A stretch of 50,409 nucleotides of DNA. It comes from Candidatus Methanoperedenaceae archaeon (GTDB lineage: Archaea > Halobacteriota > Methanosarcinia > Methanosarcinales > Methanoperedenaceae). The notes under the pieces are model-generated. The model saw only the letters and a list, made by a program, of their open reading frames with translations, made no database searches and was not told the DNA's origin. Positions 11,356-21,131 of the stretch are shown here, one piece after another. Both the position numbers and the translations under genes were made by a program. How positions within the stretch are numbered: position 1 is the stretch's first letter; each line of letters starts with the position of its first letter. The stretch covers positions 1 through 50,409 of the forward strand of contig CAVWCX010000009.1 in assembly GCA_963753595.1 (NCBI GenBank). The letters are read 5' to 3'.

Positions 11356-12093
11356 ATGTTTAAGGTACTAATAGGCGCAGAAAAACTGAAAGAATCGATA
11401 GAGTCAATATCCACACTCGTAGATGAAGCAAGATTCAGGCTTACGCCCCAGGGTTTATCAGTAAAGGCAGTTGATCCTGCAAATGTTGCCATGGTGAGTT
11501 TTGAGCTTTCAAAGGATGCTTTTGAATCTTTTGAGGCAACAGAAGGTGAACTTGGTATCGACCTCACAAAATTGATAGGCGTAATGGAGATGGCGGAAAA
11601 GAGCGATAACATCGAGCTTGAGCTTGATGAGGCCAGCCATAAGCTCATTGTAAGGATGCGCGGGCTTGCTTATACCATGTCCCTGCTTGACCCTTCATCA
11701 ATTCGCAAAGAACCAAAAGTTCCTTCCCTTGACCTTCCTGCGCACATCGTTATCCGGGGAGAAGATATAAAAAGGGCTGTAAAAGCTGCTGAGAAAGTGA
11801 GCGATTATATGTCCATGGGAGTTAAAGGAGATATTTTTTTCATGGAAGCGGAAGGAGATACGGATAAGGTACATGTGGAATTGGAAAAAAGCCAGTTAAT
11901 TGACCTCCAGGGGACGGATGCAAAATCATTATTTTCCCTTGATTATCTCTCTGACATGAGTAAGATCCTGGGGAAATCAAATGAAGTCAATATCGACCTC
12001 GGGAAGGATTTCCCTCTCAAGATCAGGATCAAGATCGCAGAAGGTCACGGAGAAGTCAGTTATATGCTGGCCCCCAGGGTTGAATCCGAATAA
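11356..12093 (+). CDS. pcn: DNA polymerase sliding clamp PCNA
   Basis: AVDPANVAMV and YMLAPRVE motifs; GGAG RBS. Confidence 0.97.
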   Translation: MFKVLIGAEKLKESIESISTLVDEARFRLTPQGLSVKAVDPANVAMVSFELSKDAFESFEATEGELGIDLTKLIGVMEMAEKSDNIELELDEASHKLIVRMRGLAYTMSLLDPSSIRKEPKVPSLDLPAHIVIRGEDIKRAVKAAEKVSDYMSMGVKGDIFFMEAEGDTDKVHVELEKSQLIDLQGTDAKSLFSLDYLSDMSKILGKSNEVNIDLGKDFPLKIRIKIAEGHGEVSYMLAPRVESE

Positions 12094-12095
12094 GC

Positions 12096-13109
12096 ATGGA
12101 TGTTTTCAAGTTTGCTTATTTTCCTTTTGTCAATGCAGCCGCAAAATATGTAGAAGCACTGGATTTCAAACTTGATGAACTCTTTTCAGAGAGGGCATTT
12201 GAACAGGTTAGAGTTCGCGGAAAATCCCGCGTGCTTGAGGCTATCGGTGATGGTATCACCCGGCATAGCTGTCCAGACCGGGTGAGCGCCGAAAAGGAAC
12301 TTCTCTCTTATCCTGTTGCAAGAATTCTTGTATCGTGCATCAATGACGGATATCTTATCAAGCGGTATGCGCTTTCTGAGGCAAAATCAGCTTTCGAGAA
12401 AGTAAAAGAACTGCGTGAAGATGAGCTAAAGGAATTTGCGCTTGATTTTAATATAAATGCTGTTTTTGATGAGAAAGGAGCAGTCATTCATTTTACGGAT
12501 TACATACGCTATGCAAATGTTATCCATGAACCAAAATGGAAGCTCGTGAACAGGAATATTGATCATGGCAGGGTGTCCCTTTCAAGGGAAGATTTCTCAC
12601 GCATAATGGAAGAGGCCATAAGGAAAAGGATCGAAGCCGGTCTTCCACTTGCCGTTCCTCCTGATATATGCGCATCCCTCGCGCAATATCTTGAGGATAT
12701 CAGGAACGCACTGACAACACGAAAATCAGAGTTCAATATCGAGGAATTCAAGGAAATAATGCCTGATTGTTTTCCTCCATGTGTTCTACATGCCCTCTCA
12801 AATGTCAAAGCCGGGGTGAATCTTGCGCATTCGATGCGCTTTGCCCTTGTCTCTTTTTTGCTGAATACCGGGATGAACACAGATGGGATAATTGAACTTT
12901 TTAAAGTCTCGCCTGATTTTGATGAAGAGCGTACGCGATACCAGGTCAATCACATACACGGCGCAACAGGTACAACATATACATCCCCTTCATGCGCCAC
13001 CATGATAACCTACGGGAATTGTTATGGAAAAGAGGCGCTTTGTGAGAGGATCTCGCATCCCCTGTCGTATTACCGGAAGAAAGCGTGGATATTGAAGAAA
13101 GGAAATTGA
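12096..13109 (+). CDS. priL: DNA primase large subunit
   Basis: FPPC, HSMRF, YQVNHI, PSCATM...C...C and HPLSYY Fe-S domain motifs; directly follows pcn. Confidence 0.93.
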   Translation: MDVFKFAYFPFVNAAAKYVEALDFKLDELFSERAFEQVRVRGKSRVLEAIGDGITRHSCPDRVSAEKELLSYPVARILVSCINDGYLIKRYALSEAKSAFEKVKELREDELKEFALDFNINAVFDEKGAVIHFTDYIRYANVIHEPKWKLVNRNIDHGRVSLSREDFSRIMEEAIRKRIEAGLPLAVPPDICASLAQYLEDIRNALTTRKSEFNIEEFKEIMPDCFPPCVLHALSNVKAGVNLAHSMRFALVSFLLNTGMNTDGIIELFKVSPDFDEERTRYQVNHIHGATGTTYTSPSCATMITYGNCYGKEALCERISHPLSYYRKKAWILKKGN

Positions 13110-13376
13110 TATAAATTATACTTTATATACTATGAGAAAAATTAATAAGTGTATAATATGGATGGATCGATAAACCAAGATAAGGATAAAATTGACTGGA
13201 ATGAATACGGTAATTAGTGAAATGAATGAGGCGCTGGCGTTATGAATAAGAAAATTGACCAAATTATAACAAAACTCAAAGAAAATAAGCCAATTCTTGA
13301 GAAAAAATTCAGCGTTAAAAATCTTGAAGTCTTTGGTTCTTATGTTCATGACGAACAAAAGAAAAATAGTGACTTA

Positions 13377-14674
13377 GGGATTGCCGAAAAATAACTTATC
13401 TAAATTAATTCCCTTCCTCTTTTGGGGAAAGAGAATAATTCCATTTTGGGTGTAAAGAATGGTATTCTATCTTCAATCTTGCCATATCTTCATCAGAGAA
13501 TTTAACTCCTTTATTATATTCCTTTTCATCTAATAGCGATGCCACAGTAAGACCTTTGTTTGTCTTTGTGCCACTGATCAGTTCAATAATTGTTTCAAAA
13601 CTAACGAGCGGTTTCCCCTTCCAATTCATTGTAATGAATGAGAACATGCGATGTTCTATCTTGTTCCATTTGCTTGTCCCAGGAGGGTAATGGCATACGG
13701 TAATAGGTATTTTTATTTGGTTCACCAATTCTTGTAAATGAAATTTCCAGCCTTTATTGCGACTTCCATTGCTCCCCCCACCATCTGCACATATCATCAG
13801 ACCTTTTGCATCTGGATAATTATTTCTTCCAAACATAAGCCACCATTGCCTTATGCTTTCAACGGCAAATTCGGACGTATCATAACTCATTCCCACATTT
13901 ACCATTCCTTCATTTCTCTTAAGATCATAAATCCCATATGGTGTCGCCCTTCCAATCCCAAGTGAAGGAAAATCATACACATTTACTTCTTTTGCCTTGC
14001 CTTTTTTCTCCCATGTTCTTCCAGGATTTTTGAATTCTCCTACATTTTCTTTCTTTTTTGCATCAACTGATATTACGGGATACTCCTGATTTATAAATTC
14101 TTTAGCTTTTTCGTTTATATACCTGAACTGGGCATCTCTTTCGGGAACTGAAGAACCTTCGATGTTTTTCTTATTGGCCTGAAGCGAGTAATCGTTTTCC
14201 TTCAATAAACGTCCTACTGTATCTGGATCGATTTTATGTTTTAGCTTTTTCAATTCATCAGCGATCTTGTAGGTTGATTTGTTTGTCCATTTCAGCAGGC
14301 TCATTGGGTCGCCTGAGGTGTTTTCATCCATTATTTTTTCAAGATCTCCAATTATTTCGGGATCTTTTATTTCTACCTTTTTTCTTCCTCCTCCAAGTGC
14401 TCGAAGTCTTTCTGGAGGTTTAAGTTTCTCTGACGTTTTGAGTTCCTCTATCCCTTTATGGATAGTCGAATGGGACATGCCTGTTAATTCTTCAACTTTT
14501 GAGACTCCACCCCACCCAATTTCAAGTGCTATGGCTCCTGCAAAACGTCTTGCTTGAACTTCATCCGCTCCTGATAGGGCTTTTAGCCACCATGTGTACT
14601 CCTTGTTAGTATCCATGCCACTATATATGATGGCTTAGATTATATAATTTACTAATTTATTTTTAGGTATTGCC
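13377..14674 (-). mobile_element. ISAzo13-family insertion sequence, 1298 bp
   Basis: Imperfect TIRs GGGATTGCCGAAAAATAACTTA and GGCAATACCTAAAAATAAATTA (17/22 match). TTA target duplication at 13374-13376 and 14675-14677. Confidence 0.92.
13405..14616 (-). CDS. ISAzo13-family DDE transposase, intact
   Basis: GGGRK, GDPMSLLKWT, ISVDAKKKE, ADGGGSN and PPGTSKWNKIEHR motifs. Confidence 0.95.
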   Translation of the reverse strand: MDTNKEYTWWLKALSGADEVQARRFAGAIALEIGWGGVSKVEELTGMSHSTIHKGIEELKTSEKLKPPERLRALGGGRKKVEIKDPEIIGDLEKIMDENTSGDPMSLLKWTNKSTYKIADELKKLKHKIDPDTVGRLLKENDYSLQANKKNIEGSSVPERDAQFRYINEKAKEFINQEYPVISVDAKKKENVGEFKNPGRTWEKKGKAKEVNVYDFPSLGIGRATPYGIYDLKRNEGMVNVGMSYDTSEFAVESIRQWWLMFGRNNYPDAKGLMICADGGGSNGSRNKGWKFHLQELVNQIKIPITVCHYPPGTSKWNKIEHRMFSFITMNWKGKPLVSFETIIELISGTKTNKGLTVASLLDEKEYNKGVKFSDEDMARLKIEYHSLHPKWNYSLSPKEEGN

Positions 14675-14835
14675 TTAGATGTCCTCGTAGAATTTTCTAA
14701 AACTGTTGATTTGTTTAAATACATAGAACTTGAAAATTATTTGAGCGAAAAACTTGGCATTAAAGTTGATCTTGTAATGAAAGATACTCTAAAACCACGC
14801 ATAAAAGATAGGATATTGAATGAGGCAATTCCAAT

Positions 14836-15194
14836 ATGAAAAAAGAAAGAGATATCAGGCTTTACCTTGACGATATTCTTGAAGCAATCGAAAAGATAGA
14901 AAGATACACATAGGGTTTGGATTTTGAAAAGTTCAGGAAAGATGAAAAAACAGGCGATGCTGTCATCAGGAATTTTTCAGGGAGGCTGTCAAGCATATTC
15001 CTCCAAGCATTAGAAAGAAACATCCCGATATCCCATGGAAAATAATTGCCGGGATGCGAGATAAGCTGGTTCATGAATATTTTGGGATAAGATATGATGT
15101 GGTTTGGGAAACAATTGAATTGAGGTTGCCTTCGCTAAGAGTTGCTATTAAGCAAATATTGGATAAGATGGATAAGGAAATGGAAAAGGCATGA
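14836..15194 (+). pseudogene. HEPN/DUF86 (HepT-like) toxin pseudogene
   Basis: ATGA-coupled to the MNT gene. In-frame TAG at 14911-14913 and a frameshift near 14975-14982. The distal frame keeps IPWKIIAGMRDKLVHEYFG (R-x4-H-x-Y). Confidence 0.9.
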
Positions 15195-15269
15195 ACTCCC
15201 CACAGGATGTCGTCGACGTAACTAGAAATGAATGGGATAGAAAGATTTTATTGATACGAATATTACAAT

Positions 15270-15734
15270 ATGGCTGAAAACAAAACACAAAAGGCAAGAC
15301 CAGATGGACAATCTTATTTCATAATCCTTCTAATCCTGTCCATCTGGTTAAATTTCGTATTCCCTATCTGGACGGTCCTTTATGCTCCATACACATATTT
15401 CTGGATAATAATCATCGGCTTCGGAATAGTCATAGGCCTCTGGAGCCGCTCATTATTTTTAAAGAGTAAAACGACACTATCGCCTTATGAATCGCCTACG
15501 TCACTCGAGACTTCAGGTCCTTTTCATATAAGCCGAAATCCTATGTATCTTGGAATGGCAGCCATACTATTAGGTATCGCTATATTACTGGGAACACTGG
15601 TTACTTTTACATTCCCGGCCCTATTCATAATAATAATTGAAACTTTGCTTATTCCAGATGAAGAACGGAAGCTAGAAAAAATATTTGGAGAACAGTACAA
15701 GGAATATAATAATAAAGTACGACAGTGGATATAA
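15270..15734 (+). CDS. Isoprenylcysteine carboxylmethyltransferase/PEMT-family membrane protein
   Basis: SGPFHISRNPMYLG and EERKLEKIFGEQYKEY motifs. Confidence 0.88.
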   Translation: MAENKTQKARPDGQSYFIILLILSIWLNFVFPIWTVLYAPYTYFWIIIIGFGIVIGLWSRSLFLKSKTTLSPYESPTSLETSGPFHISRNPMYLGMAAILLGIAILLGTLVTFTFPALFIIIIETLLIPDEERKLEKIFGEQYKEYNNKVRQWI

Positions 15735-15825
15735 CTCCTCATTTCCCAGGAAACGAAGTCTTTTCGAGCGTATGACTTGAAAGTTTAAGAGGAATTGTTG
15801 AAACTATAAATGGTGAATAAGAATC

Positions 15826-16734
15826 TTACTTGATCAGAGCATTATTTTGAATAATTGACCGCCTCAGGCTTTCTTTGAAAGGAACTGGTTCAAACCTGAA
15901 TATTGTATTGAGATCATTCCGCTCGCAGACCATGTTATTCTGCAAGGACTCGATCAGCCAGTAAACAACGTTAGGATCTACAGGCGAAAGCTTTCCCAGG
16001 ACAATTGATGATAGCCAGTGCCACGAACCGGGTATGCGAATGAACGTTCTTTTCAACCCGAGTTCATCTGCATATTGTTGTATCAATTCTTTATATGTCA
16101 AGATCTGGGAACATCCGATATCATAACATTTGTTCACAGTCTCTTTTTTTTCCAGGCATTCAACAAGATATTTTATCACGTCGTCAATGAATATCGGTTG
16201 CACGTGTGTATCTTCCCAGTCAAGAACAGGTATAATAGGAAATATATTAACGACTGTATCAAGGATATCAAAAGCTGCGCCTCCGCGCCCGATGATCATA
16301 GAAGCCCTGAAAATCGTATGATCAATGCCGCTGTTCCTTATTATGTCTTCAACTTCCTTCCTGCTTTTAAGGTGATGGGACAATTTTTCGTTCGGGTTTC
16401 TCATTCCAGTGAGATGGATTATCCTTTTGACACTATTGAGTTTGCACGCATCTACCATGTTTTCTATCGCAATCCTGTCAAGAACATCGAATTTTTTCTG
16501 TTCACCTTTTGGCTGGTTTCCCATCATATGAATGAAATAATATACAGTATCGACACCTTTTGTCGCAGCAATAAGAGAATCACGGTCAAGGACATCACCT
16601 GTGATATAAGTGATGTTCGGATCATCGGATGTTTTTTGTTTCCTGACAAGGCATCTCACCTGCAGGTTTTTTCGGGATAGGCCCCGCAAAACACGACTTC
16701 CGATAAAACCCGTTGCTCCCGTGAGTAGGATCAT
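15826..16734 (-). CDS. NAD(P)-binding SDR/epimerase-family protein (YbjT-like)
   Basis: ILLTGATGFIG Rossmann motif; start placed at ATG 16734. Confidence 0.85.
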   Translation of the reverse strand: MILLTGATGFIGSRVLRGLSRKNLQVRCLVRKQKTSDDPNITYITGDVLDRDSLIAATKGVDTVYYFIHMMGNQPKGEQKKFDVLDRIAIENMVDACKLNSVKRIIHLTGMRNPNEKLSHHLKSRKEVEDIIRNSGIDHTIFRASMIIGRGGAAFDILDTVVNIFPIIPVLDWEDTHVQPIFIDDVIKYLVECLEKKETVNKCYDIGCSQILTYKELIQQYADELGLKRTFIRIPGSWHWLSSIVLGKLSPVDPNVVYWLIESLQNNMVCERNDLNTIFRFEPVPFKESLRRSIIQNNALIK

Positions 16735-16802
16735 AATTGACTGTGTGCGCTGAAAAGTATTCAATATATCGATAATATTTTCCGGATTCTACAATAATAT
16801 TT

Positions 16803-17684
16803 TCAATTCATCAGCTTGAGGAATATATCTTCAAGGGATGTCTCGACAGTTTTTATATTGATAATTTTCCCGTTATGCTTTGCCACCCAGCCTGTAATAT
16901 TGTTAAATTCATCAAGGTCGTGTGTTTTTGTGATGAAATTCCCGTTATTTTTCTGTGCCGCAAAATCAAAGCTATCTTTTACATTGAACTCGATCGAATA
17001 TTCAACTGCCCCGCACATTTTCCTGATCTGGGGCATGGTGCCCTTTGAAACCTCTTTTCCCCGGTTCATTATCAGGACATGGTCGCATATGCTTTCAACC
17101 TGGTACAGGTTATGAGCACTGAAAATTATGGTTTTTCCCGATTTTTTCAATTCTAATACGAAATCAGAAAGATATTTGGAAGTTGTAGGATCAAGACCTG
17201 AAGTCATCTCATCAAGAATAAGGTACTCGGGATCATTTATCAAAGCCCTTGCTATTGCCACTTTTCGCTGCATACCCTTTGACATCTCACCTATCTTTTT
17301 GTCTCTTGCATCAAGTTTAAGCGCCTCCAGGAGTTCCCGGATATGTGCAGATGCTGTTTCCTTTCCTATCCCATATATTTCTGCAAAAAACATGAGGTAA
17401 TCTTTTGCTGTCATTCCTTCATATAATGGGCTTTCTTCAGGCAGGAAACCAAGTTTCTGTTTGATTTTCCGGGGGTTTTTCCCCAGGTCTAACCCCTGTA
17501 TCGTTATACTGCCGCGGCTTGGAATAATCAATCCGCTCAGCATTTTAAGAGTTGTGGTCTTTCCTGCGCCGTTTGGCCCGACAATACCGAAAATCTCGCC
17601 TTTTTCGACCTCAAAATCCAGGGACTCAACAGCAGTAAAACTTCCATATTCTTTCCTGAGCCCTGTTACTTCGATTTCATTCAT
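16803..17684 (-). CDS. ABC transporter ATP-binding protein
   Basis: GPNGAGKT, MSKGM, LILDE and SAH motifs. Confidence 0.93.
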   Translation of the reverse strand: MNEIEVTGLRKEYGSFTAVESLDFEVEKGEIFGIVGPNGAGKTTTLKMLSGLIIPSRGSITIQGLDLGKNPRKIKQKLGFLPEESPLYEGMTAKDYLMFFAEIYGIGKETASAHIRELLEALKLDARDKKIGEMSKGMQRKVAIARALINDPEYLILDEMTSGLDPTTSKYLSDFVLELKKSGKTIIFSAHNLYQVESICDHVLIMNRGKEVSKGTMPQIRKMCGAVEYSIEFNVKDSFDFAAQKNNGNFITKTHDLDEFNNITGWVAKHNGKIINIKTVETSLEDIFLKLMN

Positions 17685-17754
17685 AATAAATACTTATTTA
17701 TCTCATAAGCATGATAAGTATTATGATGGATAAAATGAAAGAAATGAACTGAAT

Positions 17755-19566
17755 ATGAGACAAATATTTACAATAGCCAGATGGGAATTAAGGAAGACAA
17801 AGTCAAATTTTGGCCTGAAAACCCGTTTCTTTTCTATCATAATATTGCTACTGATAGGGACCGCTTCCTTTTTTGCAGCCCAATCCGGTCTTCATATAAA
17901 TGATAATATTTACAGGGTCGTGGTGACGGATGCATCCCTGGGCAGGGTGTTACAAAGCGATGCTAAATTCGAAGTTTACATTGCAGGTGAAGGGGGGGCC
18001 AGATCTCTTTTTGAAAATGAAGGAATTGATATTCTCATAAGCGGCGATAAAGTTTATTATCACAATACTGAAAAATCAATATCGGCTCTTGATGCACTTG
18101 ATAAGGCCATAAAAAAATATGATGAAGCAAGGCTTTTGTCATATGATGACCTGAATAATACTTTTCCTGTGTGGATCACCATAAACAATATCGCCCGTGA
18201 ACAGGCTTTCCAGGCGCCGTCAATTAATAAACTCCCTATGAATATGCCAGGGCAGGCCCCGGGAATAGATCAGAGCCAGGAGAGTGATAAATCCCGGGAA
18301 TCATCAGTGGAACCGGCAGGCTCCGCGCCCGAACAAGGAACAGGAACTATCCCGGAAAAAGCAACCGGTAATATACAAATCCCTTCCATCAGGGAAATAA
18401 CGGAAAATAAGATAATTTCACCCATTGATGAGCAAACTCTCGCAACGCCATCTCATTTTAACCCTTCTGTCCCTTTTAAATCCGTAGTCCTGAGTTTTAT
18501 ATTTATCTTCCCGATTTTTTTTATCGCGCAGTTTTTTTCATCAAGCATAATGGATGAAAGGATAAAGAAAAAAGGTGAACTTTTGCTTGTTTCACCTGTT
18601 AGTCCATACCAGATCGTCCTTGGCAAGCTTTTACCTTATCTTCTGGGCTCAATTGCGCTTGTGGCCATAATGACATTTAAACTGGGGGGAAGCCCTTGGA
18701 TAATCCTGACCCTCCTGCCTGTTTCCCTGATGTTTCTCTCAACATCCTTCCTGGGTGCAATAATTGCACGCAGTTTCAAGGAACTCAGTTTTGTGCTTAT
18801 TTTTCTTTCGGTTTTCCTGTCCGGCTATATTTTCTTTCCTGCGATGTTCGCTAATATCCATGCCATAAGTATTATTTCCCCCATAACACTTGTTGTCAGA
18901 CTTCTTGAGAATGAGACTGTTTCGATAAGCGATTACTTGTTTTCGACAACCCCATTTTACCTGTTATCAATTCTTATCCTGATATTTGGCATTTTCATTT
19001 ACAGGGAAGAAGACCTGTTCACACAAAAATCCATCAAAGAAAAACTTATTGATTCGATCCAGGAATTTATTAAACGAATTCCAGCCCCGCTATTCTCACT
19101 CAGCATCGCCCTTCTTCCCCTTGTTTTTTCGATCCAGTTGATGCTTATCGTTCTGATGTTTAATTTTCCTATCCGGATCGGGATTTTATTCTTTATTATT
19201 ATTGCCGCTTTTGTTGAAGAACTGGTAAAATCAGTCGGGATATATACCGTATTTTCCAGGAAAATGTCAGATGTCACAACAGGTAATGCCCTTAAATTCG
19301 GGATATTATCAGGGTTTGGTTTTTTCGCAGGTGAAAAGATACTGCTTCTTGTTGTGATTGCCAGTATCGCAGGGTCTGCTTTCGGGTCAGTGATGGGGGT
19401 CGGGCTTCTTGTTTTTCCTTTGCTTTTACATGTCACTTCCACAACAGCAGCTTCATTAAGTATGAGATATCTCGGGCATCGGGAGTATCTTGCCTGCGTT
19501 GTCCTTGCATCGATCGTTCATGCGGCTTATAATCTTTATCTGGTAAGGAGTGTTGTTTTTGGCTGA
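17755..19566 (+). CDS. ABC-2 type permease fused to a PrsW-like intramembrane protease domain
   Basis: DERIKKKGELLLVSP permease motif. The C-terminal part has FVEELVK, GFGFFAGE, LH and HAAYN. Confidence 0.78.
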   Translation: MRQIFTIARWELRKTKSNFGLKTRFFSIIILLLIGTASFFAAQSGLHINDNIYRVVVTDASLGRVLQSDAKFEVYIAGEGGARSLFENEGIDILISGDKVYYHNTEKSISALDALDKAIKKYDEARLLSYDDLNNTFPVWITINNIAREQAFQAPSINKLPMNMPGQAPGIDQSQESDKSRESSVEPAGSAPEQGTGTIPEKATGNIQIPSIREITENKIISPIDEQTLATPSHFNPSVPFKSVVLSFIFIFPIFFIAQFFSSSIMDERIKKKGELLLVSPVSPYQIVLGKLLPYLLGSIALVAIMTFKLGGSPWIILTLLPVSLMFLSTSFLGAIIARSFKELSFVLIFLSVFLSGYIFFPAMFANIHAISIISPITLVVRLLENETVSISDYLFSTTPFYLLSILILIFGIFIYREEDLFTQKSIKEKLIDSIQEFIKRIPAPLFSLSIALLPLVFSIQLMLIVLMFNFPIRIGILFFIIIAAFVEELVKSVGIYTVFSRKMSDVTTGNALKFGILSGFGFFAGEKILLLVVIASIAGSAFGSVMGVGLLVFPLLLHVTSTTAASLSMRYLGHREYLACVVLASIVHAAYNLYLVRSVVFG

Positions 19567-20620
19567 TACAGGGGTTATTGTGAAAAAGGAGGTTAAATCC
19601 CTCCTGTTTGAAAAAACACTAATACTGGCAATAATCGTACAATTGTTAATTGCCTCATTCTCATCTTTGATCGTTATTGGTCTTGCTTCATTTTTTGATC
19701 CGTCCTCTCTCAGTAATTATGACACTCCCAGGGCAAATGTGGGAATCGTGGGGCAGGGGGAATTAAGGCAATTCATTGAAAAAGGGCATATACATCCTCA
19801 TTATTACAGGGATGTTGACTCTGCACTTATTGATTTTTATAACAATAAAATCGATGCGGTCATCGTCATCCCGAAAGAAGGATCCGAAGGTAATGAAATT
19901 ATCAACCTGGAAATATATCTTCCAAAATCAGATATAAGGGGCACTTTCGTAACACTGGAGCTGAAGAAACCCCTGGAGGAATATGAAGGCTATGTCCAGG
20001 ATATAAGGGGTAAAAGGATCGGTTTTGAACCAATAAAAGTCTATGTTGATAAAGTTCCGAAAAAAACATCCGCATATTTTGAATTCATATTCGGGATACT
20101 TATCCCCCTTCTTGTTTTCACCCCGGTTTTCATATCAGGCGGCCTGATAATCGATATGCTGACCGAGGAATATGAACGTAAGACCATGGATTTGCTGCTG
20201 GTAACACCAGTGTCCTTTTCCCAGGTTTTAAACGGCAAGATGATCACTGCCATCATTATTGTCCCGGCACAGGCATTTTTGTGGATTCTTCTTGTCAGGT
20301 TAAACGGAGTAGTTGTTCACAACATCGGATTAATACTTCTTCTTTCAGGAATAATAGCGGCGATCGTTGTTATTATCGGGGCGATCATAGCAGTCAAATA
20401 TAAAAAGAGAATGATCTCACAGTATTTGTATTCACTTGTGCTTATTTTGATGTTCCTCATGGGATATCTTTTCACAAATTCTCCTTTTAACCTTGTGACA
20501 AGGCTGTCAGCCGATTCTATTGGCGCTGTGGTGCTGGTTTATTGCGGGGCGTATGCCGCTGTTGCGATTGTACTTTATATGGCTATGATGAGATTCCAGG
20601 TTTCAGGAACGGATAATTGA
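19550..20620 (+). CDS. ABC-2 type permease
   Basis: EEYERKTMDLLLVTP motif, multiple TM helices; start uncertain. Confidence 0.85.
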   Translation: MLFLADTGVIVKKEVKSLLFEKTLILAIIVQLLIASFSSLIVIGLASFFDPSSLSNYDTPRANVGIVGQGELRQFIEKGHIHPHYYRDVDSALIDFYNNKIDAVIVIPKEGSEGNEIINLEIYLPKSDIRGTFVTLELKKPLEEYEGYVQDIRGKRIGFEPIKVYVDKVPKKTSAYFEFIFGILIPLLVFTPVFISGGLIIDMLTEEYERKTMDLLLVTPVSFSQVLNGKMITAIIIVPAQAFLWILLVRLNGVVVHNIGLILLLSGIIAAIVVIIGAIIAVKYKKRMISQYLYSLVLILMFLMGYLFTNSPFNLVTRLSADSIGAVVLVYCGAYAAVAIVLYMAMMRFQVSGTDN

Positions 20621-20726
20621 TAATGATTATAATTTTATACAAATGGGCATGTTTTCCAAAAGTGTTATAAGATGCCACTACCATAAAAACCCGAAATCAA
20701 TTATCACGATCAAATGAGGATTTTAT

Positions 20727-21131
20727 ATGACTGAAAAAATTGGAATACTTGCACTCGGACATGGAAGCAGACATCCGCATAACAAAGAGGTCGTCAGTGG
20801 TGTTGCGGAACTGATCGCCAAAAAATATAAGGATGTTGTAGTTAAGATCGGTTTTATGAATATGAACACCCCGACAATGAAGGAAGGACTCGATGGTTTC
20901 AAAGGGACGGGTGTCACCAAGATAGTAGCTGTTCCAATTTTCCTGGCGCACGGTGTACATACCATGGAAGATATTCCCCAGATACTTGGTATAAGCAGGG
21001 ACTCGCGAAAAACCATGATAAAACTTGACGGCAAAGATATTGCGCTTATTTATTCAGAGCCTCTCGGCGTTGATGAACTGGTCGCAGAGCTGGCATTCAA
21101 GAGAGTTAACGAAGCTATTTCCTCGAATTAA
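20727..21131 (+). CDS. cfbA: Sirohydrochlorin nickelochelatase
   Basis: Short CbiX-type protein with GHGSR and PIFLAHGVHT; adjacent to cfbE. Confidence 0.88.
   Translation: MTEKIGILALGHGSRHPHNKEVVSGVAELIAKKYKDVVVKIGFMNMNTPTMKEGLDGFKGTGVTKIVAVPIFLAHGVHTMEDIPQILGISRDSRKTMIKLDGKDIALIYSEPLGVDELVAELAFKRVNEAISSN

Larger units (their letters stand above)
13242..14839 (+). pseudogene. MNT (minimal nucleotidyltransferase) antitoxin split by ISAzo13
   Basis: 13242-13376 reads MNKK...FGSYVHDEQKKNSDL and 14678-14839 reads DVLVEF...KVDLV...NEAIPI*. Removing the IS and one TTA restores an in-frame GS-x-DxD motif. Confidence 0.92.

Noticed and set aside
14911-14913. Pyrrolysine read-through of the TAG in the HEPN gene
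   Set aside because: The same gene has a frameshift and its antitoxin is disrupted; no pyl genes are in the window.
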